Part shown: in pieces, positions 14,741 through 26,499 of the stretch
Layout of the letters: each line of letters starts with the position of its first letter
Numbering within the stretch: position 1 is the stretch's first letter
Assembly: GCA_012295275.1 (NCBI GenBank)
Contig: CM022665.1
Location: 43,400,001-43,464,000, forward strand
Reading direction: 5' to 3'
Length of the DNA: 64,000 nt
Origin: Chrysomallon squamiferum
Taxonomy: Eukaryota; Animalia; Mollusca
The notes under the pieces: generated by a model
Databases searched by the model: none
The model's input: the letters and a program-made list of their open reading frames with translations, nothing else
Told to the model about the DNA's origin: nothing
Program-made: the position numbers and the translations under genes

Positions 14741-15914
14741 CATCATTAATGAACAGTGACAGTAAAATAATATCTCTGATGAACTAATTAACTCCTAGCT
14801 TGATTCATTCTCCGCCGATCATCACTCTTTATTGTGTGTGTGTGTGTGTGTGTGCGTGTGTTCTGATGCAGTATGTAAGCGTACGTTGATGCTCTGGTAG
14901 AAACCATGACGGCAACATCATCGTTGATACGGACTTTAACTGTTTGTCACACACTTGTCTAAAAATCGTTTAATCTGGAGTCCTCGGGTCCCAAAGCTCA
15001 TTTATATACTTCTATATAATTTTAACACAGATCTACAGTTTCTTTGTTTTGTTCAATGCCGAAGTTAAAAGAAAAAACGAAATAAACGTCACTAATGCTA
15101 AATCGTAACTCGGACATTACATTTCTGTTTGCTGTTCAAGGCAATGTAAATATTTTTCAAAAACAATCAACATTCATTTAGTAAAACTGTTTTCCAACAG
15201 CACGGTTGCATTGTTGTTTTGACAGTTCCTCTTATAAAATATCAAAAGCGTATGCTTTAATAAACGTTGTTTAATTACTTTTGGCGTGTTAACGTATTAC
15301 GGAAAGGTGGCCTTTCAATGAGGCTATTGTAATTACGTTAAAAATCATCCTAGAATAGATGTGAAAAACAACAGTTTATATTAATCATGTTAAATATAAG
15401 CTGATATTTAACTACCAGATAAAGAAAAGCTTAATGGTATTAGCTTATGCATGCGCAGACTAAATTTACTAAACAATTTATGAATGAACGTTTGTAAAAG
15501 TAAAATCATGGTTCTGAAAATTCTGCTTTCCTCCATATAAACTTTTTTTGGTATCTAACTAAAGGCTGGAAACGTGATCATGACGAATCAGTCGATGACG
15601 TTCTAGAAATCACGGCGCCTATACCACGTGTTGTTCATGAGTAAAATTTCTTTCTTTTTTTACAATTTTAAAACAATGAAATGTATAAAATTTCAAAACG
15701 AAATATTTAATGAGAAGATACAGACAACAACGAATTTAAAAAAAAAAAAAAAAAAATTAAAAGGCCGAAAAATTGTAATTACATTTAAAGATATAACTAT
15801 TATCAAATTTTTCTCTTAATAAAACTTAATTGTATATCTGATTTTTTTTTTTTTTTTTTTTTTTTATTTTTAGCTCGTGACGGGCTGATTTCGACTCCAC
15901 TTGGACTAAATGTG

Positions 15915-17222
15915 ATGGACGACATCACAACGCCTGCTGCTAGGACTGTGGTCTACAACAACAAAAGTGTGGTGTACGGCGGACGCGCGTACAACGAAAT
16001 ACTCGAGAGGCTGAACCACGAGAGAATGCTGTTCCAGCTTCCAGTCATTGTCGTCCTGGTTGCCATGATGGTGGTCTCCGTCCTGGGAAACATCCTGGTC
16101 GTTCTCGTCTACAAGCAGAGCCTGAAAAGCAGCGTGGCCAGTCTCTTTATCACTCTTCTGGCACTAACCGATCTGACCACTGCCCTGTGTATTCCATTCA
16201 ACATCCACGACATGCTCAATCCGTACATGCACGCTGTTCCAGTGGCTTGTAAGATCGGAAGATTTCTCGAGGCGTTTTCTTCGGTGCTTTCCGGAAACCT
16301 CCTCACGTGCGTCGCTCTTGACCGTTACGTTCACGTAATCAGCCCTCTAAGAAAAGTATCCTTCCAGCAGGCTAAGTCTGTGGTCGTTTGCGTGACTGTG
16401 TTAGCCCTCAGTCTGGCCTGGCCTCAGCTCATTTTATCGGGCAGAAAAACGGCGAAAACACCCGTAGAAGGAATCTTTGGCGAGGACTGTTCGTTTCGCG
16501 ACCGAGTTTACAACTCTATTTACACGTTGTTGCACCAAGCTTCTTTGGCCATTGCTTTTTTCATTGGTCTGTGTATTACTGTTGTGTGCTACTGTCGCAT
16601 ATATTACGTTATTTGGCGAAAACGAAACCACTGTATCGGAGAACAGGTTTACAGCATCCCGTGCTCGGAAAATCTTAAATCAGCCGGAAAGCGTCGAGTA
16701 CCGAGCACTCTTTCGTCACCCAGCAACCAAGAGTTGTCTGAAACTGAAGCGGAAGAAGAACATGACGTAGATGCCTGTCCCGCAGAAAATGGAACGTCTG
16801 TTTTTAAACATGGCGGCGATTTGTCGGTGAAACTAAGCGACATTTCAGCGAGCGACCAGACTGTGGAAAACGGTGCTCAGAAAAACAGGCGGAATCGAAT
16901 AAGGAATACAAATAAAAGGAATGCATCTCAAAGAGCTCGTGTAAGCACTTTGCGAATTACGCGCATTATGGCTGTCGTGACGCTGGCAGTGATTTTGAGC
17001 TACGTGCCTTATCTCCTGGTGAACGTCTTCAAAAACATCGGACTGTTTTTTCGACCGGACATGGGCAAAGCGGAGGATCTGGTCTACGAATTCTGCACGA
17101 AGTCACAGTTCATGAATGCTCTGGCCAATCCTCTCATCTACAGCGCCATGAATCCCACTTTCAGATCAGACGTGAAGAAGATTTTGAATAGGTTGTTTTG
17201 CCATGCTTGTTTCAGATCATGA
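15915..17222 (+). CDS. Class A (rhodopsin-like) orphan GPCR, cluster gene 1 (435 aa, single coding exon)
   Basis: Seven hydrophobic segments with TM1 GN, TM2 LALTD, TM3 Cys and DRY, TM4 WP, ECL2 Cys, TM6 SYVPY and TM7 NPLIY. ATG at 15915 (ORF track starts at GTG 15912). Poly-T + TAG acceptor at 15871-15873. Confidence 0.95.
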   Translation: MDDITTPAARTVVYNNKSVVYGGRAYNEILERLNHERMLFQLPVIVVLVAMMVVSVLGNILVVLVYKQSLKSSVASLFITLLALTDLTTALCIPFNIHDMLNPYMHAVPVACKIGRFLEAFSSVLSGNLLTCVALDRYVHVISPLRKVSFQQAKSVVVCVTVLALSLAWPQLILSGRKTAKTPVEGIFGEDCSFRDRVYNSIYTLLHQASLAIAFFIGLCITVVCYCRIYYVIWRKRNHCIGEQVYSIPCSENLKSAGKRRVPSTLSSPSNQELSETEAEEEHDVDACPAENGTSVFKHGGDLSVKLSDISASDQTVENGAQKNRRNRIRNTNKRNASQRARVSTLRITRIMAVVTLAVILSYVPYLLVNVFKNIGLFFRPDMGKAEDLVYEFCTKSQFMNALANPLIYSAMNPTFRSDVKKILNRLFCHACFRS

Positions 17223-17541
17223 AAGGTTTACATTTTCATCTTTCCTGAGGCATTAATATCAGAGAGAGAGAGAGAGAGAGAGAGACTGACTAAATATAGT
17301 GATCAACCTTTAACCAGACGTTCTAACTTTAAAAAACGTTGAAGAACATCAGGATGAATATATGTATCATCGACTATCCTGAAAATTAACATTGTGACAG
17401 CTATCTATCGTTTATCCTGAACTGTGATAAATGTACGTGAAGACACAGGCTACAAACAAAGAAATGCTCTAACTATATTCTGCACAGCATCCAGGTTCAC
17501 TTACTTACTGAAAGGAGAATAACGACCGAATGTTTTAGAAA

Positions 17542-17593
<52 letters not shown>

Positions 17594-17749
17594 GATTGAG
17601 ACATAAATACATATTGAGTGATATAAATATGTGTGTGTCTCTGTACACCAAAGATAAACAATTTATTTTACTCGTGTATTGTTGACTACATTTTTATCAT
17701 TGCTCACCAGTTATTTTTTCTGTTGTGATACTAAATTAAACTTTTTACC

Positions 17750-17780
<31 letters not shown>

Positions 17781-18495
17781 AATTAATGTATATAAAAATG
17801 TTGCGAAAAGGAATCCCTTCGCTGAGGAATACGGACTCTAAATTCATGATAAAGTGTTCAAATTCGTTAAGTTCAATACACTTCTTACGTGTGATGATGT
17901 AAAATTATCACCGAGCACATTTTTCCTGTTCTAGCCAGTGTCAGTCAACAGCTGACGTATTAAAGTATGTGGTTTATGTTATTATTCTCTGTTACGATTT
18001 AAAATAATTAAATAAAATAAAATAAATTTTAAAAATCGTAACTTGAGACATTATTTTCTTCAATATTTTGATACGACTATTGAACATGATTCTAAATTCG
18101 AGTATTTATATATATATATCTTAGTAAAAGTTTTATTATTGTAATATATTACTGTTATATATTTATTTAGTTTACCATTGTTATATATATATATACAGAT
18201 ACACACATATAAATGTATGCATGTATTTATGTGTGTGACATATTTTTGTATGTATGTTTGTGTAATTATATAGACACGATTACAAAGTTGAGAAGAGTTA
18301 TTTTTGTTTGTTTATTTATTTACTTTTATCATCATGATCATCGTCATCGTCACTGTTGTTGTTGTTTATTTACTAATTTATTTGTGTGTTTTTATAATTT
18401 TATTCATTTATTTATTTATACTTTTTTCTTTTTTTGTCCTAATAGTATTAATAGTAATGACAATAATATTAACAATAGTATTACTAATAATGACA

Positions 18496-18528
<33 letters not shown>

Positions 18529-18779
18529 GCATACACAACAAGAATAATAATAATAAAAATAGCACCTGTAGTTGTAGTAATAATATAAATGTTGACACAT
18601 AGTAGCTGTTCACAAAATCACTAATTGTGCTGTCGTTAACCATTGTTTCTTTTAACAGCAACAACATCAAGAACTCGCAAAATTTTTTTTTTTTTTTTAA
18701 TTTTTGATTTTTTTTTTTTTTCTCTGGACAGATGAGGAAGAGAGATATGGCAACTAACAGTGAAATTCATTTTTCCGCC

Positions 18780-19410
18780 ACGCAAACACGAATTCAAACT
18801 AATTTTCATCTATCTAATGACGTTACCGCTATTTATTTATTTATTTTTTAGTAGTTAGAACTGTTACACTTTTTAATTTTTCACCGTTATATTAAATTAG
18901 CTGATTAAAAGGAAAGACATTAATTAAAATGTCTTCAATTTATTAAACACGAATTCATATTACCTAATAAGAGTAACACTGGGTTTTCTTTACAGTTAGC
19001 ACTGTCATTGTTTGTTAATCATTCACCAAGTGATGTGCAGACGGGGGGGGGGGGTGAGGGGCGTTGGCCCCGGGCATCCAAATGGAGGGCATCCAATCAG
19101 AGAAAAGAACTTTATAAATTTGGTTGATTTATATTTAAATCGAATAAAGTGTTTATTTTATGTTTCGTCTGTGTTTACGTATTCAAAATATCTTTCTTCC
19201 TCATAATATTTCTCAGTACTAGGCCTTATACTTGAGTGTCTGGGGCACACAATGAAGGAGTTGGCCCCGGGCATCACCAGACCTCTGCATGCCACTGCAT
19301 TTACCATTTACATTAAAGTTGGCCGACTGAAAGGAAAAACATGAATTAAAATGTCTTCAATATGCCAAACACCAGTTAATTTTCATTTATCTAATGCAGT
19401 GACGCTTTTT
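18780..19410. repeat. Old tandem duplication (about 160 bp unit) in the GPCR1/GPCR2 3' intergenic region, split by a MITE
   Basis: AAAGGAAA.ACAT.AATTAAAATGTCTTCAAT...AAACAC at about 18908-18950 and 19329-19372. AATTTTCAT.TATCTAATG at about 18801 and 19378. Confidence 0.6.
19028..19297. mobile_element. hAT-type MITE (270 bp)
   Basis: Degenerate TIRs AAGTGATGTGCAGA and CAGTGGCATGCAGA (revcomp of right end). Subterminal repeat TTGGCCCCGGGCATC occurs twice. 8-bp TSD CATTCACC (19020-19027) / CATTTACC (19298-19305), one mismatch. Confidence 0.75.
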
Positions 19411-19521
19411 CTTCGTCAGTAGAGACCATCACTGTTTTTCTTCATCTACATTTCTTTAAATTACTTCACTAATTCGACTCTTTTTTTTATTTCCATTTTT
19501 ATTTTTCTTCTCGTGTACATT

Positions 19522-20783
19522 TTAAACAATATATTTTTTCTTTACACAACATAGCTTTCCAGTCTTCTTTATGGTTTTCAAAGCATTGGATCTGAAAATG
19601 GGATTCATAACGCTATAGATTATAGGATTCACGAAGGAATTCATGAAGTGAGATTTCGTACAGAATTCGTAGACGAGGTCTTCAGATTCACTCATGCCTG
19701 GCTGAAAATAAAGACCCATGGTTTTCAGTATGTTCACTGTGAGGTACGGCAGATATCCCACAGTTCCAAACACTGTCACGATGGTCATGATTCGAGTTGT
19801 ACGCGATGTTCCAGATCGTGGATTTTTCGTTTTAATTTTCCGATTCATTTTTACGTCATTTTCTTCGTCTGCTTTAATATCTACCGTCTGCATCTCATCG
19901 TTTTTGTCACAAATTTCCGTTTCTGTAGCAGTCAGTTCATCTTCCTGACTCTGAATTTCTGTTCGCGTATTGCAGTTGCTATCCACGGAATTTCTCAGCT
20001 CTAAACTTTCCTTGAACTGTCTCAGTTTCCCACGAGACATATTGGAAATCTGTTCCCCTATGACCGTTTTGTGTCGGCGCCAGATGACGTAATAAATGCG
20101 GCCATAAAAAATGACAAAAATGCCGAAACCCGTGACAAACGCGAGCATTAACGTACCGTGGAACAGAAGTTCGTATATGGAATCTTTAACCTCGTCGCGA
20201 AACGAGCAGTCTTCACCGTACACGCCCTCTATCGACGTCTCCACGGTTCTCTTCCCTGCCAAAGCAGCTGCGGCCACGATATACACAGAGCTATGGCGGT
20301 GACGACGATGACCAGGGATTTGGCCTGCTGGAACGTGTAACGTCTCAGAGGGTAGATTATGTGGAAGTACCTGTCAAACGCAACGCACACCAGAAGGTTT
20401 CCCGACAAAACGCTGAGGAACGATTCCAGGAAGCGTCCCAATTTTGCAGACGACCGGGACAGAGTTGGTGTACGGGTGGAACATGTCTTGGATGTTGAAC
20501 GGAATACAAAGGGCGGTCGCCATATCGACGACTGCAAGGAGAGTTATGAAGAAGCTGGACACTCGGTTTCTGTAGCTCATTCTGTACACGAGGATGACGA
20601 GGATGTTTCCCAGTATGGCGACCACCATGACGAGAAAAAGCACCACTATGACTGGAAGCTGGAACAGCATTCTCTCGTGGTTCAGTCTCGCGATGAGCTC
20701 GCTGTAAAATGCGCTTTCAGTTCGGCATCGCTTACGTTGAATGGTATTTCACTCATACTCGAGGAGACGTTTTCTTTTTTCAT
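19522..20783 (-). pseudogene. Class A orphan GPCR, cluster gene 2; three frameshifts (young pseudogene or consensus error), about 419 aa if corrected
   Basis: ATG at 20783 gives MKKENVSSSMSEIPFNVSDAELK. Frames join across indels at about 20710 (GCGC/TTTT), 20437-20439 (CCC) and 20261-20263 (AAA) into a full 7TM protein closest to gene 3 (GN, LAVVD, DRY, WP, GYLPY, NPIIY). No nonsense codons after correction. Acceptor CTCTTCAACAG with AG at 20824-20823. Confidence 0.85.
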
Positions 20784-22524
20784 TCTTTTCAAGTTTTTAC
20801 ATCAACTTCTTATAAAGCACACCTGTTGAAGAGATAAGATTTACTACGTGCATTTTAAACTATTTAAAATTTAACTTTAAAATAAAAAGAAATAATAATA
20901 AAAATGAATAATATGATTATTTTTTTTACCCATTATGAATAGACTATCAGAATTGTAAGTTAATTAAGTTTGTACAAAATTCATCTTAAATAAAGTGCAA
21001 TGCGGTTAAAAAATAATAATAATAATAATAATAAAAAATAATAAATAAAATAAATAAATAAATAAATAAATAATAAATAAATAAATAAATAAATATATAA
21101 ATAAATAAATAAAAATAAATGAGAGAAAGGAATATATACATACAGGTGATACAATAACTATTACATTTTAATTATATATCAGTTTTATTCCACAGCGGTT
21201 TTCTTTATTCACGAATATTAAATTTATTATTACAGTTATTTGTAAAGACTGTATCAAGGTTATCAGTGCTTGAGGTGCCATGGGTAACAATATCAACCCT
21301 CTTGTGTTCTGTCTCTCTCTGAGTTATTCCCCTTTAGAAACTCTCACGACTCACTGGATTATGAAAATTACGGTTTCTGTTTTTCTGTCTACAGAAAGAT
21401 GCTAATTAATAACAGTGGTCCAAAGAAAGACAGTAGCGGGTTTCTTCTCTTCTGTTATCATTAAACTAAAGAAGAAAGAAAGTTTGACAAATCATACACG
21501 GATAAACACTGATTGAAAAAAAAGTAATTAGCTGTGATAAAATGTTTCATCATCATCGCTATTTATTAATTTTATTACGGTATTAAATGAAAGAGAAAAA
21601 CAAACTGAAATATGAGGTCCCAGTATTGAAACGGAGAATTTTAAAATATTTTCGTCCAGCGATGAAAATGAACAGGAGGCAAGGAAGTTATTGCGATTTC
21701 ATACAGTTACAGAATCCAGTTTAAGAGATTAAGAATTAAGATTAGTTTTAGATTAACTTTTGGTGGTTAAGGTCAAATATAGAGTTAATCTTAGAGCTAG
21801 GATTAATTTCAAAGTTTAGGATTAATTCTAGAATGAGGATGGTCAGTCATTTGTTTATAATAATCTAATAAACTAGCTAAATAAAATTGTATAAATATAC
21901 ACAAGAAACTAACCTTTAAGCTTTCCAGCAGTTTCTTTCAGTTTACTGACACCTACATCGCTTAGTTCTGAACACCGGGGAAAATAAAACAAAACTAAGC
22001 AGTGTTCACTCTTGTGGCGTAATCTACAGCTGGCTTGTGCTGTGAAATGAATTAGGCTCACAATGCATTTACCCGATACCGAAACGACACCAGAACGACA
22101 CCGATTACGCTCCAATGTATTTCTCCTCACATTACGAATCTGTTATCACGAAACGACACCGACACAAAAATTTAACCATTCATTATTCTTTGAATATTTT
22201 TTTTTGGTTACGTAACAGAAGTATGATAGCTTAGAATACTGTACAGCTTGGGATGTGGTTAGAGTAGCCGATTTTATTTTGAATGAAAATAAAACTGCAT
22301 GAATGTATTAATTTGTAATCACTGATTTGTAAAAGAATATTTGCCATATATCTGTGTGTGTGTGTGTGTGTGTGTGTGTGGTTTTGTACGTGTGTTTAAT
22401 TTCTTTCATTTAATTATAGTATTAAAATTCCGTAACAGCTGAAACAAATAAAATAAAGAGTGGAAAGGCGCAAGTTATCTCCCTTTGGATCACTGCCGCT
22501 AATTTTCTTGTTGTTTCATTATTA

Positions 22525-22575
<51 letters not shown>

Positions 22576-22747
22576 GTATCCTTTTATTGCTGTTGTTGTT
22601 ACTGTTTAATACTTTAAAAATGTATTTTATCTCATTTGAAAATTAATTTATAATCGTAAATTTGTTTCCTATTTTCAGTTATTGTTGATGTTTTATTAGC
22701 ATTACTTCTGTTTGAAATACTATTACCGTGATTCTGATTGTTATTGA

Positions 22748-22784
<37 letters not shown>

Positions 22785-22833
22785 GCTGTTTTTATAAAAT
22801 GAAATAAATTTTAATTATAATTTAAAGGAGATG

Positions 22834-22911
<78 letters not shown>

Positions 22912-23209
22912 GCCTTATATAATAATTATGAATAATAGGACGAAACATACATTTTATATAATGAACTTTTATTACATATTTTATAATTTACATACAATTA
23001 TGAAGCAGTTTATTTTTTCCCCAAAAGTTATTACAAGTCTCCAAAATGGTGAAAAATAAACGGCAATGTAAAAAATACATAATTCCGGAAAGATTTTCAT
23101 TATATTAAATAAGCATAGTAATCACATGGAAAAAAAAAAAAAAAAAAACCCACCATACCCCTCTCCGAAAGTCTTAAATAGAAATTCTTGTAAATACTGT
23201 ACAAATGAT

Positions 23210-24487
23210 TTATCTTTTAAAACAACAGTATCTTCCAATTTTTGTAATGGCCTTCCAAGCGTCTGATCTAAATGTCGGATTCATCACGCTGTAAATGATT
23301 GGATTAATGAACGAATTGATGTAGAACGACTTTGCGCAGAACTCGAACACCAAGTCTTCTGTCTTGCTCATGCCCGGACGGAAAAACATTCCTAGGTTAC
23401 GGAACACGTTTACTAATAGATAGGGAGAAAACGAGACGATTGCGGCTACCGTAACAATAGCCATAATTTTCGTGAATTGAGTAGTACCAGTCCGCTGTTT
23501 TGACGACTTGCTTCTTTGGTTATCGATAACGGCGGAATGATTTGTAGACCGCTCGGTAGAGTTCACGCTATTTTCCGACATTGTGTTGTTTTTATCAACA
23601 GTTACAATGTTTATTTTTTGTGAAATATTTTTTGATTCGATGTTTGTTTCTTTCGTTTCTGTATTCATTGTATAACTTTTGCTTGACATTCGATCTCTGA
23701 GATTAAATTTAGGCAAGCTAAATTTTTTTCTGTTTTCGTTCTTTTTGCTGCTACTTTTGGAAATTTGTTCTCCGATGGTTTTTCGCTTTCTTTGCCAAAT
23801 GACAAAGAAAATTCTACAGTAGAAAATAAAAGCGACTGAAAAACCGATCACATAGTTAAACGCTAACAAGGTTTGGAACAGCAGCGTGTATATGGAGTTC
23901 CGAAACGAATCCTCAAACGAACAATCTTCGCCCAAAACGCCCTCTACAGGCGTTTCCACCGTTCTCTTCCCGGCCAGGAACAACTGCGGCCACGACAGGC
24001 TCAGGGCTATAGCAGTGACGACAACGGTAAGAGACTTTGCCTGTTGGAACGTGTATCGTCTCAGAGGGTAGATTATGTGGAAATACCTGTCAAAAGTGAT
24101 GCAGACGAGAACGTTGCCGGAAAGGACAACTGCGAAAACTTCAAGAAAACGTCCAATTTTACAGGCTACGGGTGCGGCATTCAAGTAAGGATTGAGCATG
24201 TCTTGGATATCGAAAGGAATACACAGAGCTGTTAGAAGATCTACAGCAGCTAGCATTGTCATGAAGAAGCACGCAACTTTGCTTCGCCAGGTAAACCTGT
24301 AGACGAGAATGACGACGATGTTTCCTGGGATCGCCACCACCATTATGACCAGCAGTATCACTATGACTGGAAGCTGGAACAACATTCTTTCGTAGTTCAG
24401 TCTCTGGAGTAGTTCGTAGTAATTCTCCATTTCTTCATCGCTTACGTTGAAAGTTCCCGGAGAAGGACTTAAGGATACGTTTTTCAT
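23210..24487 (-). CDS. Class A orphan GPCR, cluster gene 3 (425 aa, single coding exon)
   Basis: Intact 7TM ORF with GN, LAAVD, C-KIGRFLE, DRY, WP, EDCS, SFSPY, NPIIY and a C-terminal Cys pair. Acceptor CTCTTCCAACAG with AG at 24526-24525. Confidence 0.95.
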   Translation of the reverse strand: MKNVSLSPSPGTFNVSDEEMENYYELLQRLNYERMLFQLPVIVILLVIMVVAIPGNIVVILVYRFTWRSKVACFFMTMLAAVDLLTALCIPFDIQDMLNPYLNAAPVACKIGRFLEVFAVVLSGNVLVCITFDRYFHIIYPLRRYTFQQAKSLTVVVTAIALSLSWPQLFLAGKRTVETPVEGVLGEDCSFEDSFRNSIYTLLFQTLLAFNYVIGFSVAFIFYCRIFFVIWQRKRKTIGEQISKSSSKKNENRKKFSLPKFNLRDRMSSKSYTMNTETKETNIESKNISQKINIVTVDKNNTMSENSVNSTERSTNHSAVIDNQRSKSSKQRTGTTQFTKIMAIVTVAAIVSFSPYLLVNVFRNLGMFFRPGMSKTEDLVFEFCAKSFYINSFINPIIYSVMNPTFRSDAWKAITKIGRYCCFKR

Positions 24488-25117
24488 TATTTTTTGAAGT
24501 AACTGGCTGTTGGTAATGAAATACCTGTTGGAAGAGAATATTGAAATGCGTTCTGAATATTGATTAAAGAAGTGAAATTTTATCTGTCTGTTTGACTGAA
24601 AATTTTAGGTGACAGATTCCTAAATTCTTTAAAAAAAGTTTTTTGTAAATCGAGTCACTAGAGCAACAAACATTGTATTTGTAAAAGTAAATAATTAAAA
24701 TGGCATTGAAAATGGTTCTTGGAAGATATCTGGGGAAAAAAAAAAAAATTAATAATAATAATAATAAATAAATAACAACATAAATAAACTTTATTATTTT
24801 AAATACCATTTGCTGACATCCAACACATACATAGTTAACTTATCTGCCGATATTAACATACAGATTCATCTAACATTAACAAAAGCATTATTTATTTATT
24901 TGCCGATCTGACACACTTTATTCATTCAATCACCATTGCTAACATTAACAAACATGTTATTCATTTAATAAATTATTTTTTATTATTTATTTATTCATTC
25001 TTTCATTCATTCGTATTTATTTATTTATTTGCCGACATTTGCAGCCTTTATTCATTTAATCCCTCATTTACTGTCTGACATTAACAAATAACATGTATGA
25101 ACAAACCGTCAACTTAC

Positions 25118-25240
25118 CAGCTGCGATTTCAGTTTTCCTCTCTCAGGTGCCTTAAAACGATCCCTTGATCCTTTTTGCAAGACGTCGGGTGCATAAAGAC
25201 TGAAAGGTTGTATCACGTGACTGATATTTGGTCACGTAAG
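25118..25240 (-). promoter_or_regulatory. Putative 5' non-coding exon and core promoter of GPCR gene 3
   Basis: On the minus strand: E-box TCACGTGA at 25213-25220 plus GTCACGT at 25231-25237, Inr-like TCAGTC at 25203..25198, and donor CTG|GTAAGT at 25117. Confidence 0.45.
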
Positions 25241-25457
25241 CCAGCTTGTGTCGTCAGACAGACAATGAAAAAAAAAAAAAAAAAAAAAAAGTAAAATGAA
25301 AAATTTACCATAGTGAGCGTTACAAAGTTAAAAATAACTTCTGAACTCGGTCAGGAGTGCACCCAAAACGGGTTTACATTCTCGAACATTAAAATGCGTC
25401 TATTTTTGGGCTTATAATTTGTTTTGTTAAAGGCAGTGTTAATGTGTTGAAGATTTG

Positions 25458-25700
25458 TTATAGAAAAGAAAATATTAGTTTTCTTGCATTATACATGTAC
25501 TGGGATATATCGTAAGAATCTGTACCGATATTCGATCAGTTAAGCTACAAGTCTAGGTTTCTATGATTCTTTGCAGAAAAGAAAAAATTGGTTATAGAAA
25601 AAATTTTTTTTTTTTTTAGTTTTCTGGCATTATACATGTATTGGGATAGATCATAAGAATCTGTACCGATATTCGAAACAATTAGCTATAAGCCCAGCCT
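25458..25700. repeat. Two-copy tandem duplication (about 134 bp period)
   Basis: GCATTATACATGTA.TGGGATA.ATC.TAAGAATCTGTACCGATATTCGA at about 25486 and 25627. Confidence 0.8.
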
Positions 25701-25987
25701 TCTGTGACTAAGACTGTTATTAAATTGCCATATAATTATAATCATACGAGTATTAAGGTTATAAAGCCTTAACTATAATATTAGGATATACGTATTGTAA
25801 ATCTGAATGTATCTTTTTAGCGAGTTGCGGGTTATTAAAGAGAACATGCAATTATTTCACAGTGGAAAAAAAAAAAATATAAAAATAAGTAAAATAAAAT
25901 AAATTAATTAATAAATTAATCAATTAATAATAATTCTCTAGTTGTATATAAAATAATTTAAGAACAAATTATAAGGTATGTTGATGA

Positions 25988-26273
25988 CAGACTGAGGATC
26001 CCTTATCGGAAATTCTGATATCCGAAAAGCTCCGATATCGGAAACTTTTTCCGAGCAGCAAAAATAGTAATGTATTTCGGATTGTTTTGCATACAAAAAC
26101 TTTCTTTTATGCACAAAATTATGTATATATATATAATGCCGCAGACCATTTGTATAAGCTGTATATGGAATATAAATGGAATTCTATTTCTCGGCCTGCT
26201 TCCTTATATTCCAAAATCAGAAACATTTTCCGTTCCCAAGCATTTCGGATAAAAGATTCTCATTCTCAGTCTG
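25988..26273. mobile_element. Tigger-type MITE (Tigger4/Zombi-like ends)
   Basis: Left end CAGACTGAGGATCCCTTATCGGAAA. Revcomp of right end CAGACTGAGAATGAGAATCTTTTATCCGAAATGCTTGGGA, resembling the recalled Tigger4/MER46 terminus. TA TSD not preserved. Confidence 0.7.
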
Positions 26274-26315
26274 TGTTAGTGGTATTATCACCATCACCAT
26301 CACCATCACCATCAC

Positions 26316-26360
<45 letters not shown>

Positions 26361-26499
26361 AACCGCTACTGCTACTATTACTATTATTTTGCATTCTGTT
26401 TTGTGAGATAATTCCGATCATGGCATATATTAAAGACAAATGTGCATGTTTTTACAATTTATTTATTTCATAGTTATCCATTCATTTCTAAAATTTAAA

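Noticed and set aside
17080-17150. TM7 'KS' lysine suggesting the GPCRs are opsins
   Set aside because: Counting from NPxxY puts this Lys at 7.40. The retinal-binding Lys of opsins is at 7.43, where these proteins have Phe or Tyr.
23513-23524. TCTTTGGTTATC matching the 5' part of miR-9
   Set aside because: The match stops after 12 nt, lies within a GPCR CDS, and no hairpin was seen. No other conserved miRNA was recognised in the window.
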